Shown piece by piece: positions 17,925 to 29,300 of a DNA stretch of 64,000 bases (position 1 is the first letter of the stretch; every line of letters begins with the position of its first letter). The position numbers were made by a program, and so were the translations under genes. The notes beneath the pieces were generated by a model that did no database searches, was not told the origin of the DNA, and worked only from the letters and a program-made list of their open reading frames with translations. The DNA comes from a bacterium (GTDB lineage: Bacteria; UBA8248; JACPRG01; G963555815): NCBI GenBank assembly GCA_965261595.1, contig CBDHDG010000004.1, positions 224,001-288,000 on the forward strand, read 5' to 3'.

Positions 17925-19187
17925 TTATATCGTTTTAATAACTGTTTCATCTGACGAAACCACGGACGGAGCCAGAAAGTTCGCCCCCCGGCCGCGGCCC
18001 TCGATTTCATGAATTGCCTGAACGATTTCATCCCGGACCTCCCGGTCCTCTTCCGAGGCCAACCGCCCCCTCAAGAGGTTTTCGGCTTCCACCCCCCTCC
18101 CCCCGCCGCCGAGATTCCCCAGCGCCCAGGCGGCGTGACCGCGGACGATGGGCTCGGAGTGGTCCAGGGCCCGGCCAAGCGGCCCGGCCGCCCTCTCCTC
18201 CCCCGAGTTGCCCAGGGCGACAGCGGCGTTCCTGACGATACCCGCCCACCGGGCGCGCCGGACGGGAGAGCCCTCGAAGCGGCGGCCGAAGGTCTCCTCG
18301 TCCATCTCCAGGAGCTCGACGAGCGAAGGGGCGTCCAGGCCCTCCCGCGGCTGGAAATCCCGGTTCGCCGAAACGGGGGCGTCCTCATTATAGGGACAAA
18401 CGCTCTGGCAGTCGTCGCACCCGAAGACCCAATTTCCCATCAACGGCCGCATCTCGCGCGGAATCCACCCCCGAAGCTCGATGTTCAGATAAGAGATGCA
18501 CCGCCTGGCGTCCATGACGTAAGGCCGGACGAGGGCGCCCGTCGGACAGGCCCGGATGCACCGGTCGCACGTTCCACAGAGGTCGGCTTGAGGCTCTCCG
18601 GCGGGCAGGGCCACGTCGAGGAGCATCACGCCGAGGAAAAACCATGAGCCGAGGCCGGGATTGAGAAGAAGGGTGTTTTTCCCGATCCAACCCAATCCGG
18701 CGCGCGCGGCCCATTCCCGTTCGAGGACGGGCCCGGTGTCCACGTAGCACTTCACCGCCCTCCCCAAACCCGATTCCTCGACGGTCCGCGCCAGCTTCAA
18801 CAACCGCTTCCGGACCCCCTTGTGATAATCGCGTCCCCACGCGTACCGGGAGATCGCCCCGATCAGGCCCCTGCCCTCTCCCGTCCCGGCTCTCTTCCTC
18901 GCCCCCTCTCCCCCCGCCGGAGAGCTCCCGGTGTGGTAGTTCATGGCGACCGTCACGACGGATTCGACTTCCGGCCAGACCTTCCGGGGATCTTTTCGGG
19001 AATCCCGGTTCCGGTAGAGATAGGACATCTTCCCGCCGAAGCCGCGGTCCAGCCAGCGGTCGAGATAGTCCCCCCGGGCCAGGGACGCCGCCCGCGCAAT
19101 CGCCAGGGCGTCGAAGCCGAGCGCCTTGGACTCCCGGTGCAGGATCTCTACAAGCCGATCGGCCTGTTCGGGGGCCAACTGGGGCAT
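17925..19187 (-). CDS. queG: Epoxyqueuosine reductase
   Basis: SRYAWGRDYH, VDTGPVLER, GWIGKN, CGTCDRCIRACPT, RCISY, FGCDDCQSVCP, C-terminal HEAT repeats. Confidence 0.95.
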   Translation of the reverse strand: MPQLAPEQADRLVEILHRESKALGFDALAIARAASLARGDYLDRWLDRGFGGKMSYLYRNRDSRKDPRKVWPEVESVVTVAMNYHTGSSPAGGEGARKRAGTGEGRGLIGAISRYAWGRDYHKGVRKRLLKLARTVEESGLGRAVKCYVDTGPVLEREWAARAGLGWIGKNTLLLNPGLGSWFFLGVMLLDVALPAGEPQADLCGTCDRCIRACPTGALVRPYVMDARRCISYLNIELRGWIPREMRPLMGNWVFGCDDCQSVCPYNEDAPVSANRDFQPREGLDAPSLVELLEMDEETFGRRFEGSPVRRARWAGIVRNAAVALGNSGEERAAGPLGRALDHSEPIVRGHAAWALGNLGGGGRGVEAENLLRGRLASEEDREVRDEIVQAIHEIEGRGRGANFLAPSVVSSDETVIKTI

Positions 19188-19192
19188 CCGCG

Positions 19193-21310
19193 CTACTCCC
19201 GAGAAACGTTCGAGACGATTTTCCGAAAATCCGCGATCTGGGCGAACAGGCCCCCGATGGACGCGAGCAGGCTGAGACGGTTATTCCGCAAATCGGCGTC
19301 CTTCGCCATGACCAGAACGTCGTCGAAGAACTTGTCCACCGCCGGGCGTAGGGAGGCGATCTCCCGAAGGGCCTCCAGATAGTTTTTGTCTTTTAACAAG
19401 GTCTGAATCTTGTGCTCGCGTTCTTTATAGACCGCATAAAGGGCTCTTTCCGCATCCTCGCACAGGAGTATGTCCCGGACTGCTTGGGGAGTTCCTTCCG
19501 GAATAATGTTCATGACTCGCTTGAAAGTTGTAATTAAAGGTTCGAAGTCCTGGTCTCTAGAAATCGTGGCGAGGGCCTTAAGCCGCTTTTTGCTATCCAC
19601 GATGTCTCGGGTTTTCCTCTGGGCTTCCAAAATCGCCCGAATGAGATCAACCCTGAATCCTTCCGTGAGGAAGAGATTCTCCAACCTGGTTACGAAGAAA
19701 TCTAAAGCTAGAACTGCAAGGTCGCCATGTTGGGGCATTCCCAATAGCGGAGCCAGAGGTTTCGCGGCCACATCAATCAATTCGAGAAGATTCAGCCGGT
19801 ACTCGTGTTCGAAAATCGTCCCCAGCACCCCCCTCGCCGCCCGCCTCAGGCCGAAGGGGTCCTCCGAGCCGGAGGGGAGCTTCCCGAGCCCCGCGTACCC
19901 GACGATGGTGTCGAGCTTGTCGGCGATGGCCACGAAGGCCGCCGGTCCGGCCGAGGCGAACCCGTCGTCCGCCCCTCTCGGGCGGTAGTGCTCATCGATG
20001 GCCCGGCAGACGGCCTCCTCCTCCCCGGAGAGCCGGGCGTACTCCCTGCCCATGATCCCCTGGAGCTCCGGAAACTCGTAAATCATCCGGGTTTCAAGGT
20101 CGGCCTTGCAGAGCCACGCGGCCCGGGTCGTTTGCTGAGCCTCGTCCGGCGCGAGTCTTCCGGCCAGCCATCCGGCCAATTCCACGACCCTCTCAACCTT
20201 CTCAAAGGATGTACCGATATCTTTTTGAAATATAACACTTTTAAGTGAATCAACATAGTCCTCAAGCGGCCGCTTGACGTCCTCCCGGTAGAAGTAGGCG
20301 GCATCCGACAACCGGGCGCGCAGGACACGCTCATACCCCTTCCGGATAACGTCCGGGTCTTCCGCGCGGGTATTGCTGACGGCGACAAAATTCGGCAGAA
20401 GGGTCCCCCCCTCTCCCCCTCCCCCCCCCCCCTTTCCGTTGATGACGGAAAAGTAACGCTGGTGATGCTTCATCGTCGTGATCAGGACTTCTCGGGGGAG
20501 CTCCAGGTATTCGGCTTCGATCCGGCCCAGGATGGCGGTCGGGTATTCCACGAGCCCGGCCACCTCTTCCAGCAAGTCGTCATCGGGGAGGATCGCCCCG
20601 CCGGCTTCCCGTGCGGCGGCTTCGGCCAACTGCCGCATGAGGGCCGTCCGCTCTTCCGGATCGACGATCACGAACCGCTCCCGGGCCTCCTCGATATATG
20701 CCTCAAAGCCTTCGACGCCGAACTCCCCAGGCGCCATGAACCTGTGGCCCCGGGACCGATCCCCGCTCGCGACGCCCCCCAGCTCAAACGGGATCACCCG
20801 TCCGCCCAGGATTGCGACGATCCAGTGGATGGGCCGCGCGAACCTGAGATCGCCGTCTCCCCACCGCATGGATTTCCGGAAACCGAGCCCCTTAATCAGC
20901 GCGGGCAATCGCTCCGTGAGAACCTCCGCCGTCGGGCGGCCTTCCTCTTTCCTGATAGCGGAGACGTACTCCCCCTTCTCGGTCTCGACGATTTCGAGCG
21001 ACTCGACAGCGACGCCCTGGCCTTTGGCGAATCCCAAGGCGGCCTTGGAAGGATTGCCCGACTCGTCATACGCCACGCTCTTCGCCGAGCCCATGACGCG
21101 CTCTTCCAAGGATTCCTGCGTTTCGGCCACGTCCGAGACCGCGAGGACCAGACGCCGGGGCGTGCCGAGCGCGCGGACCTCCCCGTGAGCGATCCGGGCT
21201 TCCCCAAAGGTTTTCTTCGCCAGACGGCAAAGATCCTCGAAGGCCCGCCCTAGGAACCCCGAGGGGATCTCCTCCGTACCGATTTCGAGGAATAAATCTT
21301 CAGCGGGCAT
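19193..21310 (-). CDS. glyS: Glycine-tRNA ligase beta subunit
   Basis: LEIGTEEIP, TPRRL, KSMRWG, RARLSDA, EFPELQG, SEDPFGLRR, NNRL. Confidence 0.96.
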   Translation of the reverse strand: MPAEDLFLEIGTEEIPSGFLGRAFEDLCRLAKKTFGEARIAHGEVRALGTPRRLVLAVSDVAETQESLEERVMGSAKSVAYDESGNPSKAALGFAKGQGVAVESLEIVETEKGEYVSAIRKEEGRPTAEVLTERLPALIKGLGFRKSMRWGDGDLRFARPIHWIVAILGGRVIPFELGGVASGDRSRGHRFMAPGEFGVEGFEAYIEEARERFVIVDPEERTALMRQLAEAAAREAGGAILPDDDLLEEVAGLVEYPTAILGRIEAEYLELPREVLITTMKHHQRYFSVINGKGGGGGGEGGTLLPNFVAVSNTRAEDPDVIRKGYERVLRARLSDAAYFYREDVKRPLEDYVDSLKSVIFQKDIGTSFEKVERVVELAGWLAGRLAPDEAQQTTRAAWLCKADLETRMIYEFPELQGIMGREYARLSGEEEAVCRAIDEHYRPRGADDGFASAGPAAFVAIADKLDTIVGYAGLGKLPSGSEDPFGLRRAARGVLGTIFEHEYRLNLLELIDVAAKPLAPLLGMPQHGDLAVLALDFFVTRLENLFLTEGFRVDLIRAILEAQRKTRDIVDSKKRLKALATISRDQDFEPLITTFKRVMNIIPEGTPQAVRDILLCEDAERALYAVYKEREHKIQTLLKDKNYLEALREIASLRPAVDKFFDDVLVMAKDADLRNNRLSLLASIGGLFAQIADFRKIVSNVSRE

Positions 21311-21382
21311 TTGTTGGGCGTCCGGTTCGGTTACGGGTTTTACGGGGGTGAATTTCAGGCAGCGGCGGGCCGCCGCGCGGTC

Positions 21383-22318
21383 TCAGGCGTTCTCAACGAC
21401 CTCATCCGTCCGACTCGACGCGGCCTTCGCCCCCGCGAGCAGCGGGAACCCCATCTTCTCCCGCGCCTCTATATAGGCTTCGGCGCAGCGCCGGGCGATC
21501 TTGCGGATGCGGCCGATGTAGGCCGTCCGCTCGGAGACGCTGATGGCCCCCCGGGCGTCCAGGACGTTGAAGAGGTGCGAGCACTTGAGGCAATGGTCAT
21601 AGGCTGGCAGAACGATCTCGCCCGCCTTGAGGAGCCACAGGGCCTCGGCCTCGTGGAGGTTGAACAACTCCAGGTGCGTTTTCACGTCGGCGGACTCGAA
21701 GTTGTAGACCGAGAACTCGACCTCGCTCCAGTGATGGATGTCGCCGTAGCGGATGCCCGCGGTCCAGACCAGGTCGTAGACGTTCTCCACGCCCTGGAGG
21801 TACATGGCGATGCGTTCCAGGCCGTACGTCAACTCGACCGAGACGGGCTTGAGGTCAACGCCCCCGGCCTGCTGGAAATACGTGAATTGGGTGATCTCCA
21901 TTCCGTCCAGCCAGACCTCCCACCCCAGCCCCCAGGCCCCCAGGGTGGGCGACTCCCAATCGTCCTCGACAAAGCGGATGTCGTGGGCCAGCGGATCGAT
22001 CCCCAGGATGACGAGGCTGTCCAGATAGGTCTGCTGAACCTCCAGGGGGGAGGGTTTCAGGATCACCTGGTATTGGTAATAGTGCTGGAGGCGGTTGGGG
22101 TTTTCGCCGTACCGACCGTCGGTGGGGCGCCGGGAGGGCTCCACATAGGCCGTCTTCCAGGGCTCCGGACCCAGGACGCGCAGGAACGTGGCCGGGTTCA
22201 TCGTCCCCGCGCCGACCTCGATGTCGTAGGGCTGCTGGATCACGCATCCCCGGTCGGCCCAAAACCGCTCGAGCCGAAGGATGACCTCCTGGAACGTGTA
22301 GGCTTTGTCCACTTTCAA
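21383..22318 (-). CDS. glyQ: Glycine-tRNA ligase alpha subunit
   Basis: [42 protein letters not shown]. Start may be GTG 22312. Confidence 0.97.
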   Translation of the reverse strand: MKVDKAYTFQEVILRLERFWADRGCVIQQPYDIEVGAGTMNPATFLRVLGPEPWKTAYVEPSRRPTDGRYGENPNRLQHYYQYQVILKPSPLEVQQTYLDSLVILGIDPLAHDIRFVEDDWESPTLGAWGLGWEVWLDGMEITQFTYFQQAGGVDLKPVSVELTYGLERIAMYLQGVENVYDLVWTAGIRYGDIHHWSEVEFSVYNFESADVKTHLELFNLHEAEALWLLKAGEIVLPAYDHCLKCSHLFNVLDARGAISVSERTAYIGRIRKIARRCAEAYIEAREKMGFPLLAGAKAASSRTDEVVENA

Positions 22319-22337
22319 AAATCCAGAGTGTGGTCTT

Positions 22338-23990
22338 TCAGGTCTTCGAGGGGGCCTTCCCGCGCTTTTTCGGTCGAGGCGCCGGTTTCTTCCGGGACCG
22401 GCGGGCGGCCTGGACGGATTTCCCCGCGTTCTTCGCGAGTTTGTACTCGAAGCTGTCCACCAGGGCCTCCCAGGAGGCCTCGATGATGTTGGGCGAGACC
22501 CCTACCGTGGCCCACTTGGATTCGTGATCGCTCGACTCAATCAGGACCCGGGTCGTGGCCTCCGTGGCGGCGGACTCGTTGAGGATCCGCACCTTGTAAT
22601 CGATGAGCTCCGTCTCGGACAGGCCCGGATAGAACTTCTCCAGCGCCTTGCGCAACGCCTTGTTCAAGGCGTCCACCGGACCGTTGCCCTCGGCCGCCGT
22701 GTGCTCGAGAACGCCGTCCACCGAGACCTGGACGGTGGCTTCCGCCCGGGCGGCCGAATTCTCATCCAGCTTTTCCACGGTCACCCGGTAACCGATCAGA
22801 TCGAAGAACTTCCTGCGCTGCCCCTTCGCCCTTCGCATCAAAAGCTCGAACGACCCCTCGGCGGCCTCGAATTGATAGCCCTGGTTCTCCAGCTCCTTGA
22901 GCTCCCGGAGGATTTCCTGCGTCTCGGGGTCGTGGGTGTCCAGGTCGATGCCGAACTCCTTGGCCTTGTACACCACGTTGCCCCGGCCGGAAAGGTCGGA
23001 GACGAGGACGCGCCGGCGGTTCCCCACCACCTCCGGCTCCAGGTGCTCGTAGGTGCGCGGGTCCCGCAGGACGGCCTGGACGTGGACGCCCCCCTTGTGG
23101 GCGAAGGCGCTGTCGCCCACGAACGCCTGGTGGGTGTCCGACCTCCGGTTGGCCAGCTCGTCGATGAAGTGCGACGCCTCCCGGAGCTTGCGGATCCGCG
23201 CCGCCGTCACGCACCGGTATCCCATCTTGAGCTGGAGGTTCGGGATCACGGAGATGAGGTTGGCGTTGCCGCAGCGCTCACCGTAGCCGTTGATGCATCC
23301 CTGGACGTGGATGGCGCCCTGCTCGACGCCGGCCAGGGTGTTGGCCACCGCCAGCTCGGAATCGTTGTGGGTGTGAATCCCGATCGGCGTCGAGACGGTC
23401 CGGCGGGCGGCGGCCGTCCCGGCGACAATCTGACCCGGCAACGACCCGCCGTTCGTGTCGCACAGAACAACGCAGTCGGCCCCCCCCGCCTCGGCGGCGC
23501 GCAGCGTGTCCAGGGCGTATTCCGGGTAAAGCCGGTAACCGTCGAAGAAGTGCTCGGCGTCATAAATCAGCTCATCGCAATGCTTCTTCAGATAGGCCAC
23601 CGAATCCTGGATCAATTCCAGGTTCTTCGGGAGGGTGGTCCGCAGGGCGCGCTGGACGTGAAAATCCCAGGACTTGCCGAAGATGGTGATGACCGGGGTT
23701 TCCGCCCGGACGAGGGCCCGGATGTTGGCGTCCTTCGCGACCCGGTTGCCCGCCCGCCGGGTGCTCCCGAAGGCGGTCAGGCGCGCGTGGCTGAGCCGGA
23801 GCCGCTTCGCGGCCTCGAAGAAATCCATGTCCTTGGGATTCGAGCCCGGCCACCCCCCTTCGATGTAGTCCATCCCCAGATCGTCGAGCTTCTCGGCGAT
23901 GCGGACCTTGTCCTCGACCGAGAAGGCGATTTCCTCCCCCTGGGTCCCGTCGCGAAGGGTGCAATCGTAGAGCGCGATCTGCCGCATCAT
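22338..23990 (-). CDS. cimA: Citramalate synthase
   Basis: [43 protein letters not shown], LeuA-type regulatory domain. Start trimmed to MMRQIALYD. Confidence 0.93.
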   Translation of the reverse strand: MMRQIALYDCTLRDGTQGEEIAFSVEDKVRIAEKLDDLGMDYIEGGWPGSNPKDMDFFEAAKRLRLSHARLTAFGSTRRAGNRVAKDANIRALVRAETPVITIFGKSWDFHVQRALRTTLPKNLELIQDSVAYLKKHCDELIYDAEHFFDGYRLYPEYALDTLRAAEAGGADCVVLCDTNGGSLPGQIVAGTAAARRTVSTPIGIHTHNDSELAVANTLAGVEQGAIHVQGCINGYGERCGNANLISVIPNLQLKMGYRCVTAARIRKLREASHFIDELANRRSDTHQAFVGDSAFAHKGGVHVQAVLRDPRTYEHLEPEVVGNRRRVLVSDLSGRGNVVYKAKEFGIDLDTHDPETQEILRELKELENQGYQFEAAEGSFELLMRRAKGQRRKFFDLIGYRVTVEKLDENSAARAEATVQVSVDGVLEHTAAEGNGPVDALNKALRKALEKFYPGLSETELIDYKVRILNESAATEATTRVLIESSDHESKWATVGVSPNIIEASWEALVDSFEYKLAKNAGKSVQAARRSRKKPAPRPKKRGKAPSKT

Positions 23991-23997
23991 CCAATCC

Positions 23998-25320
23998 CTA
24001 TGAGGCGCCTTCCGGCCGGCCCTCGGGGCCTCCGTGAGATTCCGCCCCCCCCTCCCCATTCCCGGGCGGCGAGGAGAGCGGGGCTCTCGCCTCGACGCTT
24101 TTCTCGAGCTCGAAAACCTTGTGAAGGGTTTGGACCGCGGATTCGGCGCACTCGGCGTCCACCACGCACGACACCAGAATTTCCGACGTGCTGATCATCA
24201 GGATGTTGGTCCCGATGTCCGCGAGCGATCGGAACATCTTGGCGGCGATACCGGAGTGGCTCCTCATCCCAATCCCGACGATCGAGACCTTGGCGATCCG
24301 GTCGTTCGTCCGGACGGCGCTCGCCCCCAATTCCCGGCGGGTGTTCTCCATGATCCTTTCCGTCAGCGCAAGGGACTCAAGCGGGACGGTGAACGAGATG
24401 TCCGCGGCCCCGTGGGACCCGACGTTCTGAACGATCATGTCCACCACGACGTCCGACTCCGCCAGGTCGCCGAAGAGCTTCCCGGCGATCCCCGGCTGGT
24501 CGTGAATCCCCTCCACGGTCACCTGGGCTTGGTTGCGGTCGCAATTGACGGCCGAAACCACGACCCGCTCCATGCCTTCATCTTCTCGAGTGACCACGGT
24601 CCCTTCCTCATCGGTGAAGGAGGATCGAACCTCGACCTCCACTTCGAATTTCTTGGCGAACTCCACCGATCGGGCCTGGAGCACATTGGCCCCGAGACCC
24701 GCCATTTCGAGCATCTCGTCGTAGGAGACGCGGGGCAGCTTCCGGGCGTCCGAAACGATCCGGGGGTCCGCCGTGAACACCCCGGTGACGTCGGTGAAAA
24801 TTTGACACCGGTCGGCATGCAGCGCGGCGGCCAGGGCGACCGCGGTCAAATCGGACCCGCCCCGGCCCAGGGTCGTCACGTCCCGGTTGTCGTCCACACC
24901 CTGAAAGCCGGCGACGACGGGGATGGCGCCCTTTTCGAGGACGGCCACGATCTCATCGGCCGCGATGGTCCGGATACGCGCCGAGGTGTGGGCGCCCGTC
25001 GTCCGAATTCCGGCGCGCAATCCCGTGAACGACATGCCGGGGTGGCCCCGATCGCTCAGCGCGATGGCCAGGAGCGAGCTCGTGACCCGCTCCCCCGAGG
25101 AGAGCAGGTAGTCCATTTCCCGCTGATTGGGAAATTCGCTCAGCGCGCGGGCCATCGCGACCAGTTTGTCGGTCTCTCCGGCCATGGCCGACACCACAAC
25201 CACGACCCCATGCCCCTCGTCCGCCGTCCGGCCGACGCGCTCGGCCACCTTGCGGATGCGCTCCAGGTCTCCAACCGAGGTGCCGCCGTATTTCTGAACG
25301 AAAAGCGCCAAAATCCCCAC
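23998..25320 (-). CDS. lysC: Aspartate kinase
   Basis: [26 protein letters not shown], two ACT domains. Start may be TTG 25311. Confidence 0.95.
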   Translation of the reverse strand: MGILALFVQKYGGTSVGDLERIRKVAERVGRTADEGHGVVVVVSAMAGETDKLVAMARALSEFPNQREMDYLLSSGERVTSSLLAIALSDRGHPGMSFTGLRAGIRTTGAHTSARIRTIAADEIVAVLEKGAIPVVAGFQGVDDNRDVTTLGRGGSDLTAVALAAALHADRCQIFTDVTGVFTADPRIVSDARKLPRVSYDEMLEMAGLGANVLQARSVEFAKKFEVEVEVRSSFTDEEGTVVTREDEGMERVVVSAVNCDRNQAQVTVEGIHDQPGIAGKLFGDLAESDVVVDMIVQNVGSHGAADISFTVPLESLALTERIMENTRRELGASAVRTNDRIAKVSIVGIGMRSHSGIAAKMFRSLADIGTNILMISTSEILVSCVVDAECAESAVQTLHKVFELEKSVEARAPLSSPPGNGEGGAESHGGPEGRPEGAS

Positions 25321-25420
25321 AACCCCGAAGCGGCGTCATCAAAAATCGGCGCCAATGATACCACAACCGGATTTCCGTCCCGGCGGGAAAAACCCGGCGG
25401 CGGCCGATCCGACGCCCTTC

Positions 25421-26623
25421 TCAGCCGCGTCCCATGAGAAAGGGGATGAGGCCCGCGCCGTCCGGCAAACGAAGGCTTCCCCGGACCAGGAGCCGCTCGT
25501 CATACTCTCCGGGACGGTCCGCCTTGATGCCCGTTCCGCAAACGGCGACCGGAACGGGCGCGGCCGCGTGCTTCGCGTCCACCGGACTGGTCCGGTGATC
25601 CGCCAGAACGGCCAAGCGGTGATCCCCCAAGGTCTTCAGGCGCTCCGCAACGGCCCCGGCCAGGGAATCGAACCGCTCGATGGCCTCGACCTTCCCGGCC
25701 GCGTCCATGCGGTGAGCGGCGCGGTCGCCCGCGTCGCAATGGACGTACGCGACATCCCCGGTCCGGAGATAGTCCGAAACGGCGTCGGCCCAATCATCGG
25801 GGGATGAATCAACCCCGGGGGGCGCCACCACGTCCATCCCGGCCGAAACGGCCAGGCCCCTCAGGACGGCGGCCCGCGAGAGGATTCCGCCCCGGACGCC
25901 CCAACGCTCCCGAAAGGCCCGGGTGCCGGGAACCGGGCCTCCCGCGCCGGACGCCCAGATGCTGTTGACGGCCGTCCGGCCCGAGCGCCTCCGCTCCTCG
26001 TTGCGCGGATGGATATTGAAGAGCATCTGGGCGTTGTTGTAGACCTGGTGGAGCTTCCGGCCGGCCTCCCCTCTCCCTCCCCCTCCCCCGGGCATCGCGT
26101 CCGCGACCTCGGCGCCCAACATCGCGTGGGGAGGCGTCAGCTTGAGATCGGCGCCGTCCCCTTTCCAAAGCATGACCCCCCGGTACTCTCCGACGTGAAC
26201 GAACCGGAACTCATCATCCCCCAGGTCCTTCTCCAGGGTCTCGACGAAGGGAAGCCCCTCGGCGTCGTTTCGGATGTCCGCCGTATGATCCGCGAGGATG
26301 ATCCGCTGATAGTCGGTGAATAAATGGACCAGATTGAACCGCAGGGCCAGTTGATCTTTTTCGGGGGGGATCCCGATTCCGAGCGCCTCCAGGGGTCCCC
26401 GGGCGGAGCCGCCCGGCGGCGCGTCCAGGCCGAGGAGGTTCGCGGCGACCGATTCCGCCACGGGCTCCCATCCGGGCGGGATGGTCCGAATCAGCCCCGT
26501 CCGGCCTTCCGCGGCGACGCGATCCAGGTTCGGGACGTTCGCGGCCTCCAGGGGCGAGCGGTTCTCCAGAAGCTCCAGCGACTCGTCGGCCATTCCGCCT
26601 CCGATCAGGACGACAGATTTCAC
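25421..26623 (-). CDS. ApgM/phosphoglycerate mutase-like (AP superfamily) protein with degenerate active site
   Basis: [44 protein letters not shown]. Sits between thrC and lysC. Confidence 0.85.
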   Translation of the reverse strand: MKSVVLIGGGMADESLELLENRSPLEAANVPNLDRVAAEGRTGLIRTIPPGWEPVAESVAANLLGLDAPPGGSARGPLEALGIGIPPEKDQLALRFNLVHLFTDYQRIILADHTADIRNDAEGLPFVETLEKDLGDDEFRFVHVGEYRGVMLWKGDGADLKLTPPHAMLGAEVADAMPGGGGGRGEAGRKLHQVYNNAQMLFNIHPRNEERRRSGRTAVNSIWASGAGGPVPGTRAFRERWGVRGGILSRAAVLRGLAVSAGMDVVAPPGVDSSPDDWADAVSDYLRTGDVAYVHCDAGDRAAHRMDAAGKVEAIERFDSLAGAVAERLKTLGDHRLAVLADHRTSPVDAKHAAAPVPVAVCGTGIKADRPGEYDERLLVRGSLRLPDGAGLIPFLMGRG

Positions 26624-27882
26624 CGCGACCCGCCTTCGCCCGCGCCCTTCACCCGATTCCGCCCGCCGGCGGGCTCTCCATCAAGATCCAGGCGGGCCAC
26701 CACGGCATCGACGTCCGCTTCCACCGTGGCCGGTTTTTCGCTCATCCGGATCACGCTGTCCGGGTCCTTCAACCCGTGTCCGGTCAGGGTGCAGACAACC
26801 TCCGCGTCCGGCGGGAGCCTGCCCGCCGCGGCGTCCTTGAGGAGTCCGGCCACCGAAGCCGCCGAGGCCGGCTCGCAGAAGATCCCTTCGACCGAGGCGA
26901 GCAGACGGTAAGCCGCCCGGATCTCCTCATCGGACACCATGTCGATCCGCCCGCCCGATTCCTCGGCGGCGGAAAGGGCCGATTTCCAGCTCGCCGGATT
27001 TCCGATCCGGATGGCCGAAGCGAAGGTCTCCGGGTTTTCCACCACGCGCCCGCGCACGATTGGGGCCGCCCCCTCCGCCTGCCATCCCCGCATCCGCGGA
27101 AGAGCGTCCGTCCATCCCCGCTCATGAAACTTCCGGTATCCCATCCAGTAGGCCGTTATGTTTCCGGCGTTGCCCACCGGGATGTAGTGAAAGTCCGGCG
27201 CCCGTCCGCCGAGCTGCTCGCACACCTCGAAGGCGGCGGTCATCTGCCCCTCCAGCCGGTGCGGGTTGAGGGAGTTGACGAGTGTAATCGGGTGGTCCCG
27301 GCAGACCGCCTTGACGAGGTTCAGCGCGTCGTCGAAGCTTCCCTCGATCTGGATGACCGAGGCGGCGTGGATGATCGCCTGCGTCAGCTTGCCCAGGGCG
27401 ATTTTTCCGCGCGGGATCAGGACAACGGACCGAATCCCCGCCCGGGCGGCGTAGGCGGCCGCGGACGCCGAGGTGTTGCCCGTCGAGGCGCACAAGACCG
27501 CCCGCGCCCCATCCTCGACCGCCTTGGACACGGCAAGGGTCATCCCCCGGTCCTTGAACGATCCGGTCGGGTTCAACCCTTCCAGCTTGAGATGGACCGG
27601 ACGCTCCAGGCCCGCCCGCTCCGCGATGCGGATGGCGGGAACGAGCGGGGTGTTCCCCTCGTTCAGCGTGATGATCGGGGTGGCATCCGTTACGGGGAGA
27701 AATTCGCGGTATCGCCGGATCACGCCCGGCCATGGCCCCTGGGAGGCCACCCCGGCCTGGGAGGCCCCGCCGGCCTGGGAGGACGCCCCGCCCTGGGAGG
27801 CCGCCCCGGCCTGGGAGGCCCCGCCGGAGAGAAGGTCTCGCTTGGGGGCCGCCTCGCCGGGCATGGGGAGATCGGCAGCCAT
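26620..27882 (-). CDS. thrC: Threonine synthase with repetitive N-terminal extension
   Basis: [41 protein letters not shown]. Confidence 0.96.
   Translation of the reverse strand: MAADLPMPGEAAPKRDLLSGGASQAGAASQGGASSQAGGASQAGVASQGPWPGVIRRYREFLPVTDATPIITLNEGNTPLVPAIRIAERAGLERPVHLKLEGLNPTGSFKDRGMTLAVSKAVEDGARAVLCASTGNTSASAAAYAARAGIRSVVLIPRGKIALGKLTQAIIHAASVIQIEGSFDDALNLVKAVCRDHPITLVNSLNPHRLEGQMTAAFEVCEQLGGRAPDFHYIPVGNAGNITAYWMGYRKFHERGWTDALPRMRGWQAEGAAPIVRGRVVENPETFASAIRIGNPASWKSALSAAEESGGRIDMVSDEEIRAAYRLLASVEGIFCEPASAASVAGLLKDAAAGRLPPDAEVVCTLTGHGLKDPDSVIRMSEKPATVEADVDAVVARLDLDGEPAGGRNRVKGAGEGGSR
27738..27827. repeat. Five-copy 18-bp tandem repeat in the thrC 5' region
   Basis: CCTGGGAGG recurs at 27738, 27756, 27774, 27792 and 27810. 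Confidence 0.9.
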
Positions 27883-29225
27883 TACATCTGGCCCTCGGCG
27901 GTTTCCACGCGGATGAGCATGGTGGGGGCGCTCACGAACTCCAGCCGGTCGATTTCCGACAGCGCCGCCTGGACGTCCTTCTCGCGGGCCTCGTGGGTCA
28001 TCATGACCAGGGGGACGTGGTCCCTCTCCCCCTCGCGGCGGCCCTTCTGGATAACCGATTCGATGCTGATGGCGTTGCGGCCGAGGACGCCCGAGATGGC
28101 CGATAGGACACCGGGCCGGTCTTCAACGGTGAAACGCAGGTAATAGGACGTGACGATCTCCGAAGACGGCCGGACGGGAATCGGCTTGCGGCCCCGCGGC
28201 GCGTAGGAAAGCGGCGGCACCCTGGCCCCCGCGCCAGCGACGCCCGCCAGCCTCCGGTTGCGGGCGATCTCGATGATGTCCGCCGCCACGGCCGCGCCCG
28301 TCGGCAGCGAGCCCGCCCCCTGTCCGATGAGGACGTTGGCGTCCGACTTGTTCCCTTTGATGTAGATGGCGTTGAAGGCCCCGCCCACCTGGGAGATGAT
28401 TTGGGATTCAGGCAGCATCGTCGGGCAGACCCGGACGTCCAGGCTGTCATCCACGCGCTTCGCCGTGGCCAGGAGCTTGACGCGATAGCCCAGCTCTGCC
28501 GCGAGCTCCAAGTCGACCGGCTCGATAAGCCGAATCCCCTCGATGAGAATGTCTTCCATCCGGACGGGCGTGCCGAAACAAAGGTTCGCCAGAATCGCGA
28601 TCTTGTGGGCCGAATCGATCCCGTCCACGTCGAACGTGGGGTCGGCCTCGGCGAATCCCTTGGCCTGGGCCTCCTTGAGAACGGTCTCGAAATCCAGGCC
28701 CTCTTCGGTCATCTTCGTGAGAATGTAGTTGCCCGTGCCGTTGACAATCCCGAAGACCGTCTCGATCACGTTGGCCGAGAACCCCTCCTTGATCGCGCGG
28801 ATGACCGGGATGGTCCCGCCCACGGCGGCCTCGAATCCAACTTCCAGGCCCATCTCCTCGGCGACGGCGAAGATCTCTTCCCCATGCTGGGCCAGGAGGG
28901 CCTTGTTGGCCGTCACCACGTTTTTCCCCGCCTTGAGCGCCCGGAGGATGAAGGTCTTGGCCGGCTCGTACCCGCCGACCAGCTCCACCACGACATCGAT
29001 TTCCGGGTCGTCCAGCAGGGCGTCCACGTCCTGGGACAGAACACCGTCGGGAACCCGGACGCCCCGGCCCGTGGTCACGTCCAAGTCGGCGATCCGCTTG
29101 AGGGTGACCGCATGGCCGACGCGACGTGCGATCTCCTCGGCGTTGTCCAGCAGGGCGCTGACCAGCCCGGTCCCGACCGTGCCGAAACCGATGATTCCGA
29201 TGTTGAAGACCGATTCTGTTTTCAT
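27882..29225 (-). CDS. hom: Homoserine dehydrogenase
   Basis: [38 protein letters not shown]-terminal ACT domain. Confidence 0.96.
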   Translation of the reverse strand: MKTESVFNIGIIGFGTVGTGLVSALLDNAEEIARRVGHAVTLKRIADLDVTTGRGVRVPDGVLSQDVDALLDDPEIDVVVELVGGYEPAKTFILRALKAGKNVVTANKALLAQHGEEIFAVAEEMGLEVGFEAAVGGTIPVIRAIKEGFSANVIETVFGIVNGTGNYILTKMTEEGLDFETVLKEAQAKGFAEADPTFDVDGIDSAHKIAILANLCFGTPVRMEDILIEGIRLIEPVDLELAAELGYRVKLLATAKRVDDSLDVRVCPTMLPESQIISQVGGAFNAIYIKGNKSDANVLIGQGAGSLPTGAAVAADIIEIARNRRLAGVAGAGARVPPLSYAPRGRKPIPVRPSSEIVTSYYLRFTVEDRPGVLSAISGVLGRNAISIESVIQKGRREGERDHVPLVMMTHEAREKDVQAALSEIDRLEFVSAPTMLIRVETAEGQM

Positions 29226-29300
29226 GCGTTGCCGCCGCCCGTGAATGCGCGCAATCCCCCGCCGTCTTCCACAACGGGGGAACGCTTGTTCCGTTGTTCC

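Noticed and set aside
27738..27827. Regularly spaced repeats as a CRISPR array
   Set aside because: The 18-bp period leaves no unique spacers, the repeats are in frame within thrC, and there are no cas genes
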